Shown piece by piece: positions 1 through 6,582 of a stretch of DNA of 43,095 nt. The number at the start of each line of letters is the position of its first letter. The stretch's first letter is position 1. Made by a program: the position numbers and the translations under genes. The notes beneath the pieces were generated by a model. The model was not told the origin of the DNA. It made no database searches and worked only from the letters and a program-made list of their open reading frames with translations. The stretch is from an uncultured Kiloniellales bacterium. Its GTDB lineage: Bacteria > Actinomycetota > Acidimicrobiia > Spongiisociales > UBA5794. The DNA lies in contig CAXMPL010000183.1 of assembly GCA_964195125.1 (NCBI GenBank), positions 1 to 43,095 of the forward strand, written 5' to 3'.

Positions 1-818
1 ACCAGCCCGCGGTGGATCTGGACGTACGGGTTGTAGGTGACGCCGCCGTAGTAGCCGGTGGTCAAACTGCCGCCGGTACGCCAGGTCAGGTTCCCGTCTG
101 TCGGGACCTGGCTGGCAAGGGCGCTTGAGATCCCGATGGCCCCGACCACCGTCACCACCAGGAGGGCGAGGGCGCCTGCGGAAATGGGCGCGCCTGCGAC
201 GGTCGAGGGGTGGTGGCCGGGTCTGGCCATTCGTCCTGCGCCACGGTCGTGCTCATCGAGACCGACGGCGAGGGTGGTGGCGGCCACCAGGAGAACGAAC
301 ACGGCGATCTCCGCATTGGACGATGGCTGCAGTTCGACCGTGAGCAACTGCAACCCAATGACCAGAGGGGGAGCCAGGGCGACGAACGGACGCCCGGAGA
401 GGAGACCGAAGGCGAGGAAAGCGCCCACCAGCCAAAACACGCCGGCCAGGATCAGGACGAGTCCGATGGTGGGCTGCACCGGCTCCACACCATGTCGGAT
501 CAGCCCCACCGCACGCTCGATCTCCGCTGCCAGTGTGGCGAATGTGTCGGGGCCGGGCAGGACCCACACGCCGGTGTCGGGGGCGCCGTACCGGGCGGCG
601 ACGAACCCAAACAGGGCCACGTTGAGCAGCGCGATCCAGCCGGCCCGCATCCGATAGCTGACCGCAGCCCAGGTGACGATGATCCCGATCATGACCGCAG
701 CGAGCACCAGCAGCTGCCACTTCGCTCCCGAGCGCGTCGGTAGCAGGACCTCGCTGAGTCGCCAGATCGCGAACCCGATCGAGGCCGCCCCCGCTATCCA
801 GCTGTAGCGGTAGACCAT
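1..818 (-). CDS. Transglutaminase-family / DUF3488-type polytopic membrane protein, N-terminal part (3' end lies beyond window start)
   Basis: Not in the ORF track because it is open to the window edge. My own reverse translation from ATG (complement of 816-818) gives MVYRYSWIAGAASIGFAIWRLSEVLLPTRSGAKWQLLVLAAVMIGIIVTW... with about 6 hydrophobic helices and no stop down to base 1. It overlaps the DUF58 stop by 25 nt. Its position downstream of MoxR-DUF58 is typical for TgpA-like proteins. Confidence 0.6.
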   Translation of the reverse strand, partial: MVYRYSWIAGAASIGFAIWRLSEVLLPTRSGAKWQLLVLAAVMIGIIVTWAAVSYRMRAGWIALLNVALFGFVAARYGAPDTGVWVLPGPDTFATLAAEIERAVGLIRHGVEPVQPTIGLVLILAGVFWLVGAFLAFGLLSGRPFVALAPPLVIGLQLLTVELQPSSNAEIAVFVLLVAATTLAVGLDEHDRGAGRMARPGHHPSTVAGAPISAGALALLVVTVVGAIGISSALASQVPTDGNLTWRTGGSLTTGYYGGVTYNPYVQIHRGL

Positions 819-1981
819 GTGCGCTCCATTGCCTTTTTCCAAGCCGCTGCCCACGACTCGCCGGGCTGGGCAACGATCGCGGTGACTCCGGTGCGTGCCA
901 GGCCACCGAGGCCACTTCCCGGATCCGGGGTGACCGCCATGACGATCTTGCGGTCAAAGTCACGGTCGAGCGTGCGGAATGCCTTGAGCGCACCGTCGTC
1001 CGGTGTGCCGGTCATCATCACAAGGACTCCGCCGCTGCCGTTGCGACCGAGCTCCTGGGAGACCCCCCTTGTCAGGTCCACGGCGCCGCGGCTCTGGACG
1101 ATGGCGAGCTCTTCCATGGCTCGCTGATATCCCTCGGGCGTGTCGACGGGCGTGAACGATCCGGTGCCGGTCCAGACGGTTGGGCGGTACCGATTGCGAT
1201 ACAGGTGTCGCACAACTGATGCCACTCCGGTCACCGCGTGCTCGAACGAAGCGTCGTCGGCGTACACCTGCGCCCTCGGGTCGAAAACCACCAGTGCTCT
1301 TGACTGCCAATGAGCCTCGAGCTGTCGGATCATCAACTGGTCGCGTTTGGCAGACGTAGGCCAGTGGACTCTGCGGAGATCATCGCCAACCTGATACTCG
1401 CGGAGGGTGTAGAAGTCCTCGCCTCCAGCCTGAGAGAAGCTGGCGCGGGTCGCGTCCGCCGTCGGGTCGAGCCCGCGGCCGGAGGGGAGGCCGACGAGAT
1501 CCTCGACGGCAGGAAACACGACGAGCCTGTCGATGTTCCTCGCCTCCCCGACCGACTCGGCGAGACCGAGTGCATCTTCGACGGCGACCGTCGCAGGTCC
1601 GATGCGGTAGACCCCTCTGGGATGACAGAGCACCTCATAGCGGGCTTCGATCGGGACGTTCGCGTCGATGCGCTTGGCGACGAACCGGGCGGTGCCGAGA
1701 CCATAGACCCGATCGACGACGGTGGCGGCGTGGATCGTTTTGGTTGCCACCAGTCCGACGAGAACGACGGCACGATCGCCAGCGTGCACCTGGGTCGGCG
1801 TGATCGTCCGGCTGATTCTCACGCTTGGCGTAGCAGACCGGACGGATGCGATGCCAATCACCACGGCAAGTATGAAAAATACCCCTACGGCGAGCATGAC
1901 CCGCTCGCCGAATGCAAACCAGAGAATGGGGAGCGCCATCCCGACGCCGAGTGCCGCCCATCCTCTGGTCGTCGGCATCAA
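794..1981 (-). CDS. DUF58 domain protein (MoxR-associated, vWA-like)
   Basis: 395-aa ORF with an N-terminal TM pair and the motif REYQVGDDLRRVHWPTSAKRDQLMIRQLE typical of DUF58. Its start overlaps the moxR stop (ATGA). Confidence 0.85.
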   Translation of the reverse strand: MMPTTRGWAALGVGMALPILWFAFGERVMLAVGVFFILAVVIGIASVRSATPSVRISRTITPTQVHAGDRAVVLVGLVATKTIHAATVVDRVYGLGTARFVAKRIDANVPIEARYEVLCHPRGVYRIGPATVAVEDALGLAESVGEARNIDRLVVFPAVEDLVGLPSGRGLDPTADATRASFSQAGGEDFYTLREYQVGDDLRRVHWPTSAKRDQLMIRQLEAHWQSRALVVFDPRAQVYADDASFEHAVTGVASVVRHLYRNRYRPTVWTGTGSFTPVDTPEGYQRAMEELAIVQSRGAVDLTRGVSQELGRNGSGGVLVMMTGTPDDGALKAFRTLDRDFDRKIVMAVTPDPGSGLGGLARTGVTAIVAQPGESWAAAWKKAMERTWSTATAG

Positions 1982-2949
1982 ACAGCGCCTTGAGATCCAG
2001 GGACGGGGACCGATCCGGCTACGTCCTCGATCACTTTGGCGATGGATGTTCCGCGCATCTGAGCCTCGGGATGGAGCAGCATGCGGTGGTTGAGCATCGG
2101 CTCGAGCATCGCCTTGACATCGTCCGGCGTGACGAACTCCCTGCCAGCGATTGCCGCCCGAGTCCGGGTCGCTCGCTGCAGAAAGAGGGTCGCTCTCGGT
2201 GACGCCCCGAGCAGGAGATCTGGATGGGTTCGGGTGGCTTCGGCGATGTCGATCAGGTACCCGCGAATCACCTCCGACGTATGCACCCGGTTGGCGATAT
2301 CGACCATCGTGACGACGTCGTCGGCGTGGATGACCGCACCGAGGTCGTCGAAGGTCGAATGCTCCCCATGCGTGTCGAGCATCTCGAGCTCCTTCGCCCG
2401 CGACGGGTACCCCATGGCGAGGCGCATCATGAAACGGTCGAGCTGGGCCTCAGGAAGCGGATAGGTTCCTTCATGCTCGATGGGGTTCTGTGTGGCGATG
2501 ACGATGAACGGCGGAGCCAGGGCCCTCGTCACTCCGTCGACGGTCACCTGGCGTTCCTCCATTGCCTCGAGCAACGCCGCCTGGGTTTTTGGGCTCGCCC
2601 TGTTGATCTCATCGCCGAGCACGACATTGCCGAAGATGGGTCCGGAGCGGAACACGAACTGGCTGGCCTCCCTGTCCCATACCGAGACCCCGGTTACGTC
2701 GGAGGGAAGCAGGTCGGGGGTGAACTGGATCCGCTGGTAGGTGCAGTCGATGGATCTTGCCAGGGATTTGGCGAGCAGGGTCTTGCCGATGCCCGGCACA
2801 TCCTCGAGCAGGGCGTGACCCCCGGACAGCATGCAAGCGGTGACCAGCTCAACGGTTTCCCGCTTCCCCTGGATGACCAGCTCTATGTTGTCTGCGACGG
2901 CTCTGAAACGCTCGTCGAACCACGCAAGATCATCAGATGTAACCGACAC
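1978..2949 (-). CDS. moxR: MoxR-family AAA+ ATPase
   Basis: 323 aa. Walker A GHALLEDVPGIGKTLLAKSLA, Walker B VVLGDEINRASPKTQAALLEAMEE, and the MoxR C-terminal region. GTG start. Confidence 0.9.
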   Translation of the reverse strand: MSVTSDDLAWFDERFRAVADNIELVIQGKRETVELVTACMLSGGHALLEDVPGIGKTLLAKSLARSIDCTYQRIQFTPDLLPSDVTGVSVWDREASQFVFRSGPIFGNVVLGDEINRASPKTQAALLEAMEERQVTVDGVTRALAPPFIVIATQNPIEHEGTYPLPEAQLDRFMMRLAMGYPSRAKELEMLDTHGEHSTFDDLGAVIHADDVVTMVDIANRVHTSEVIRGYLIDIAEATRTHPDLLLGASPRATLFLQRATRTRAAIAGREFVTPDDVKAMLEPMLNHRMLLHPEAQMRGTSIAKVIEDVAGSVPVPGSQGAV

Positions 2950-3052
2950 GCAGACTCCAATTCGCCGACGACTGCACCGAGCCTAGGAGAGTCTTCGGTG
3001 CATGGTGAACGCGGTCTTGAGCGCCTAGCCTTCCATCGGAGGTGGAGGCACC

Positions 3053-3307
3053 ATGCTCAGACGGTCGATCGTCGCCGTGGCCAAGCGCCCTTCCTTGTGG
3101 CCGACGGCGCTGGGCGCTCTTGCGGCCATGTCGCCGCAGCGCTGGTGGGCTCGACCACCCTTTCTCCCCATCCCTGAAGAGGATGTGGTCCGGTGGCGGG
3201 TGACTACCGCCTACGGGGACGCCGATGCCACCCTTACCGAGGATGACCTCGTGGCGTATCTCGAGTGGCGGCAACGAGCCGCCCGGGCCCTCAGGGGGCC
3301 CAGATGA
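3053..3307 (+). CDS. Hypothetical small protein (84 aa)
   Basis: ORF with GGAGGTGGAGG Shine-Dalgarno 6-7 nt upstream of the ATG and GC3-rich codon usage. No family recognised. Confidence 0.5.
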   Translation: MLRRSIVAVAKRPSLWPTALGALAAMSPQRWWARPPFLPIPEEDVVRWRVTTAYGDADATLTEDDLVAYLEWRQRAARALRGPR

Positions 3308-3321
3308 GTGGCAAGTTGCCA

Positions 3322-3342
3322 GAGTCGCGAGTCGCGAGTCGC
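3322..3342 (+). repeat. Tandem heptamer array (GAGTCGC)x3
   Basis: Three perfect head-to-tail copies read directly. The same unit recurs at 39955-39975 (reverse complement), 42788-42816 and 42959-42972 (reverse complement). Confidence 0.9.
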
Positions 3343-3396
3343 AGGCCGCCCGTTGAGTGAGCAGTCGGGCTGGGCTGCGACGCGCCAGAAGCGGAC

Positions 3397-3428
3397 CCTT
3401 TGCCTCCCGCTTGGAAGGGGAGCAAAGG
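3397..3428 (+). terminator. Stem-loop downstream of the 84-aa ORF (possible terminator, no T-tract)
   Basis: CCTTTGC-CTCCC / GGGGA-GCAAAGG arms around an 8-nt loop. There is no following U-run, so its function is uncertain. Confidence 0.3.
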
Positions 3429-3442
3429 CCAGTTCCGAGGCT

Positions 3443-3517
3443 CGTAATACGTAATACGTGATACGTAATACGTGGTTTGTGATACGTAATACGTATTGCC
3501 TACGTAGTAGGCAATAC
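3443..3517 (+). repeat. AT-rich tandem heptamer array (CGTAATA-type, about 8 units) ending in an 11-bp-stem palindrome
   Basis: Units read as CGTAATA CGTAATA CGTGATA CGTAATA CGTGGTT TGTGATA CGTAATA CGTATTG. The palindrome is GTATTGCCTAC-gta-GTAGGCAATAC (3493-3517). The local AT-richness contrasts strongly with the window. Confidence 0.9.
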
Positions 3518-3561
3518 TCCGCTACGCCCGGTGTTTTTCTCACCCCTGGTAGCCTTTCCTC

Positions 3562-4056
3562 ATGGCCCGCGCACTTGTGCTCAATGCAAGTCTCGAGCCG
3601 CTGTCGGTCGTTCCCGTTCAGCGGGCGCTGGTGCTCGTCCTTGCCGACCGTGCCGAGGTCGTCGTGTCCAACGGCGTGGTATGGCACTCCGAGCACATAA
3701 CGATGGCGTCGCCATCTGTGGTGCAGCTTCGCCGATTTGTTGCGGTGCCCTATGCGAGGCGGGTTCCTGTGAACCGGAGAACCGTCTTCCATCGCGACCG
3801 CGACGCCTGCCAATATTGTGGGCGGCAGGCTGAGAACCTGGACCACGTCATTCCCCGTTCGAGAGGGGGCGAACACACGTGGCGCAACGTGGTCGCCGCC
3901 TGCCGTCGGTGCAATACGCGCAAGGGAGGCAGAACTCCTAAAGAGGCGGGCCTCCAGTTGAGACGCAACCCGCGGGTGCCGCCGAGGGATAGCTGGGTCG
4001 CAGCCGCGCTCGGCGGTATGCCGGATGCGGAGTGGGCGCCCTACCTCAAGGTCTAA
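3562..4056 (+). CDS. Standalone HNH endonuclease (164 aa)
   Basis: HNH core CQYCGRQAENLDHVIPRSRGGEHTWRNVVAACRRCNTRKG. No SD. TAGCCT (TANNNT) lies 6 nt upstream of the ATG, so the mRNA may be leaderless. Confidence 0.85.
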   Translation: MARALVLNASLEPLSVVPVQRALVLVLADRAEVVVSNGVVWHSEHITMASPSVVQLRRFVAVPYARRVPVNRRTVFHRDRDACQYCGRQAENLDHVIPRSRGGEHTWRNVVAACRRCNTRKGGRTPKEAGLQLRRNPRVPPRDSWVAAALGGMPDAEWAPYLKV

Positions 4057-4091
4057 GCTCGCGCACCGGTCGGTGACCGGATCGCGCCCTC

Positions 4092-4256
4092 TTTGCGGAG
4101 CCTCTATTTTTCCCGCTCTTGCCGCCTTGCGGCGGGCCGCTTGGGCCACGGCTCCGCAAATGGTTTTTCAACACAGACCGGATCGCTCCCGATTGCGGAG
4201 CCTCTATTTTTCCCGCTCTTGGCTACGGGCCGCTCGCGCTGGGCAGCGGCCTACGG
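4092..4256 (-). repeat. Structured GC-rich intergenic repeat, locus 1 (one full core plus one partial core; core reads on the minus strand)
   Basis: Core reverse complement at 4107-4157. Inverted 10-11-mers are TTTGCGGAGCC 4092-4102, GGCTCCGCAAA 4150-4160 and TTGCGGAGCC 4193-4202. Partial second core at 4203-4256. The locus lies between the convergent HNH and thioesterase genes. Confidence 0.9.
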
Positions 4257-4262
4257 GGGCAC

Positions 4263-4760
4263 TTACTCGCTGTTGATCCTGACCAGAACCGCAGAGCCTT
4301 TGGCGGTCACCTGATCGTCGACCCATAACTCGGTCTCGACGATCACTTTGCGGATCGAGCCGGGTTCGATGTCCGCCAGGTCTGAAGGAGCTCCCTTGTC
4401 AAGTAGGGCGCGCCCTACGAGGCGCATCGGGGCCAGCGGCGTCGGCGCCAGATAGTCCACCTCGAGGTGAGCGGTGACAAACCGTGGCGCCGGGTCGCTC
4501 CCGATCGTGCCGCCCTCAGCCTGCATAGCGAGGATCGCCGCCGAGCCGGTTGAGTGACAGTCGATGATCGACGCGATCAAGCCACCGTAGGTCGAGTCGA
4601 CATAGGCAGTATGGAACGGCTCGGGTACGAACTCGGTGAGCGTCCTAGTCCCCTGGGGTCGTGTCTTGATCTGATAGCCGGCATCGTTGAGCCGTCCGCA
4701 CCCATAGCAGTGCGCCGCTGGCTCGTCGTACATGTCCTGGATGGCGATCGATTCGGTCAC
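4263..4760 (-). CDS. Hotdog-fold (PaaI-like) thioesterase with N-terminal Cys-pair
   Basis: 165 aa. N-terminal CYGCGRLNDAGYQIK followed by a hotdog-like region (YGGLIASIIDCHSTGSAA). The family call is by resemblance only. Confidence 0.6.
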   Translation of the reverse strand: MTESIAIQDMYDEPAAHCYGCGRLNDAGYQIKTRPQGTRTLTEFVPEPFHTAYVDSTYGGLIASIIDCHSTGSAAILAMQAEGGTIGSDPAPRFVTAHLEVDYLAPTPLAPMRLVGRALLDKGAPSDLADIEPGSIRKVIVETELWVDDQVTAKGSAVLVRINSE

Positions 4761-4811
4761 CGGCGCATGATGGCAGACACGGCACCGTCACGCACCCTCG
4801 CATGGCTCGCT

Positions 4812-4976
4812 AGATCAGTCGATCAGTAGCAAGAGGCTCCGCACATGGCGCGCGATCCAGTCTCTGTTCGCGAGGCTATTTGCGGAGCCGTGGCCCGAGC
4901 GGCCCGCCGCGAAGCGGCAAGAGCGGGAAAAAAGCTCCACCTCTGTCGATACGACCGGTCACCTATCGGTTTGCGT
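4812..4976 (+). repeat. Structured GC-rich intergenic repeat, locus 2
   Basis: GATCAGTC GATCAGTA lead-in, GGCTCCGCA 4835-4843, loop, TGCGGAGCC 4881-4889, 50-nt core 4882-4931, and a tail ...GACCGGTCACCTATCGGTTTGCG. Confidence 0.9.
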
Positions 4977-4981
4977 CCTCG

Positions 4982-5749
4982 CTACTGCTCTACTTTTTCC
5001 GCGATGGCTTCGAGTGCGGGCGTCGCGATCCCGGCGCTGCGTGCGAAGCGAAGAGCCCGCTCCAGACGGCGTGGTGCGCTCCTGCCCGTTGCGCCGTGGT
5101 CGGGGTCGGCGTCGAAGGCGGTAACCATCGCATCCATCGCCCTTTCCCGATCTAGCGGCTCCCCGACTAGGTGCTCTTGGATATCGAGCACCTCGGCGGC
5201 CACCGGTCCCGCCAGCTCGGGATGCCCGTTCCACAGCTCTGACACCGTCCCGCCCGTCTGCATGCCGCCGATGTTTGCGGTCAGGATGTACAGGTTCTTG
5301 GCCACGAGGGCGTCGACCAGCTCGTCACGAGGGATGACCTTTGCCGCAATGCCGAGCCGATCCAACGCTGTGGCCACGAGTTCCGCCTGGGGCCCGGCAA
5401 CGAGGGTGGGGACGATTACCTTGACCGGTGTACCCGGCTTCTTCTCGAACCAGACGGAGGCAACGGTCGGGTCTGCGATCCCGTGTCTCATCCAGTCACG
5501 CGGGAGCAGTTCATTCTGGATCAGACCGACGCGAGGGCGCCACATTGCAGGAAGGCCGTCAAGCGTCTCATCCAGGTCGGCTTCCCCGACGGTGACCAGG
5601 ACCAGTGCGGGGTCGGGGACGGTCGTGGCGGCGTCCTCCATCGAGGTATGGCGGAGCGCGGGATAGACGGGGTATCCCACACTCAGGAAGGCCCTGGCGA
5701 ACACCCCACCCATCTCTCCCAGCCCGACAACGACAATCGGCCGCTCCAT
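4982..5749 (-). CDS. NAD(P)-binding Rossmann oxidoreductase (ketopantoate-reductase-like), 255 aa
   Basis: I trim the 363-aa track ORF to the internal ATG (MERPIVVVGLGEMGGVFARAF, a GxGxxG motif). The upstream 108 codons run through repeat locus 3 and the mraZ promoter region and look non-coding. Confidence 0.55.
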   Translation of the reverse strand: MERPIVVVGLGEMGGVFARAFLSVGYPVYPALRHTSMEDAATTVPDPALVLVTVGEADLDETLDGLPAMWRPRVGLIQNELLPRDWMRHGIADPTVASVWFEKKPGTPVKVIVPTLVAGPQAELVATALDRLGIAAKVIPRDELVDALVAKNLYILTANIGGMQTGGTVSELWNGHPELAGPVAAEVLDIQEHLVGEPLDRERAMDAMVTAFDADPDHGATGRSAPRRLERALRFARSAGIATPALEAIAEKVEQ

Positions 5750-5780
5750 GGCGCAGAGGCTACCCGGCCCGGGCCACCGT

Positions 5781-5943
5781 CGAATCAGTGGTAAGAGGCT
5801 CCGCAAGAGAGCCCGATCCGGTTTCTGTCGCAAGGCCTTTCGCGGAGCCGTGGCCCGAGCGGCCCGCCGCGAAGCGGCAAGAGCGGGAAAATGGCTCCAC
5901 TTCTGTCGAGACCGGCCGGCGTCATCGCGAATCAGTGGTAAAG
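5781..5943 (+). repeat. Structured GC-rich intergenic repeat, locus 3, flanked by a 14-bp direct repeat
   Basis: 50-nt core at 5842-5891. GGCTCCGCAA at 5797-5806 pairs with CGCGGAGCC at 5841-5849. CGAATCAGTGGTAA occurs at 5781-5794 and again at 5928-5941. Confidence 0.9.
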
Positions 5944-5968
5944 CGGGGGTTGTCGGGGGCCGATAAGG

Positions 5969-6030
5969 TTGACAGGTGGTAGATAGTGGGCCATAGTGGC
6001 GACCTGTGGAGGATGGTGACCGAACCGTGA
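5969..6030 (+). promoter_or_regulatory. Putative mraZ promoter (TTGACA -35, CATAGT -10) overlapped by a 10-bp-phased GTGG direct-repeat array (candidate MraZ operator)
   Basis: TTGACA at 5969-5974, a 17-nt spacer, then CATAGT at 5992-5997. GTGG starts at 5976, 5986, 5996 and 6006, and GTGA at 6016 (exact 10-bp phase). A further GTGA at 6027 is 1 nt out of phase. Confidence 0.55.
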
Positions 6031-6045
6031 TGGAGGCGCAGACGC

Positions 6046-6477
6046 GTGTTTCTTGGGGAATACACCCATGCACTCGATGCCAAGGGGCGGATTGTGATGC
6101 CCAGCAAGTTCCGAAAGGGGCTGGAAGCAGGGTGCGTCGTCACCAAGGGTCAGGAGCGCTGCCTGTACGTCTTTTCGATGGATCGGTGGGAAGACGAGGC
6201 AGGTCGCGTGCTCTCTCTCCCAAGAACAGATCGGCGGGCCAGGAACTTCTCGCGGTCCTTCTTCGCCTCGGCGACGGACCAGCGTCTCGATGGGCAGGGG
6301 CGGATTCAGCTCCCAGAGGCGCTGCGGACGTACGCCGGGCTGAGGAAGGACCTGGCGGTAGTGGGCGTCGCCGATCACATCGAGATCTGGGCGACGGACG
6401 TGTGGGAATCGGTCGCCGCCGAAGCCGACGAGTACTACGCCGGGATCGAGGAGGTGCTGTCGGAGGATGGAATATGA
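6046..6477 (+). CDS. mraZ: Transcriptional regulator MraZ
   Basis: 143 aa, starting MFLGEYTHALDAKGRIVMPSKFR, with a duplicated SpoVT/AbrB-like half (DGQGRIQLP). GGAGG lies 9 nt upstream of the GTG start. Confidence 0.95.
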   Translation: MFLGEYTHALDAKGRIVMPSKFRKGLEAGCVVTKGQERCLYVFSMDRWEDEAGRVLSLPRTDRRARNFSRSFFASATDQRLDGQGRIQLPEALRTYAGLRKDLAVVGVADHIEIWATDVWESVAAEADEYYAGIEEVLSEDGI

Positions 6478-6582
6478 ACGAAGTCTCTTGGTCTGGTCTG
6501 TGGTCAGCCCCCCGGATGCCATTTGGAAGGCCCCTTACTCCGCCCGCTTCCATGGTGGCGCCAGCGTTCCGGGGGGCTGACC

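Noticed and set aside
4107-4160. Repeat core as a Rho-independent terminator between convergent genes.
   Set aside because: In the core the T-run precedes the GC stem (or, on the other strand, an A-run follows it), which is the wrong polarity for a canonical intrinsic terminator. Copies also occur upstream of genes (mraZ, DUF167, nth).
4845-6073. Track ORFs reading through the repeats and giving recurring peptides (AARAARREAARAGK, FAEPWPERPAAKRQERENG), including 4845..5666 (+), 5605..5982 (+), 26671..27093 (+), 26877..27731 (+) and the N-terminal 108 codons of 4982..6073 (-).
   Set aside because: The same DNA is 'open' in several frames and on both strands, as expected for GC-rich repeats. 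These ORFs have no SD signals and overlap better-supported genes or the T-box leader.
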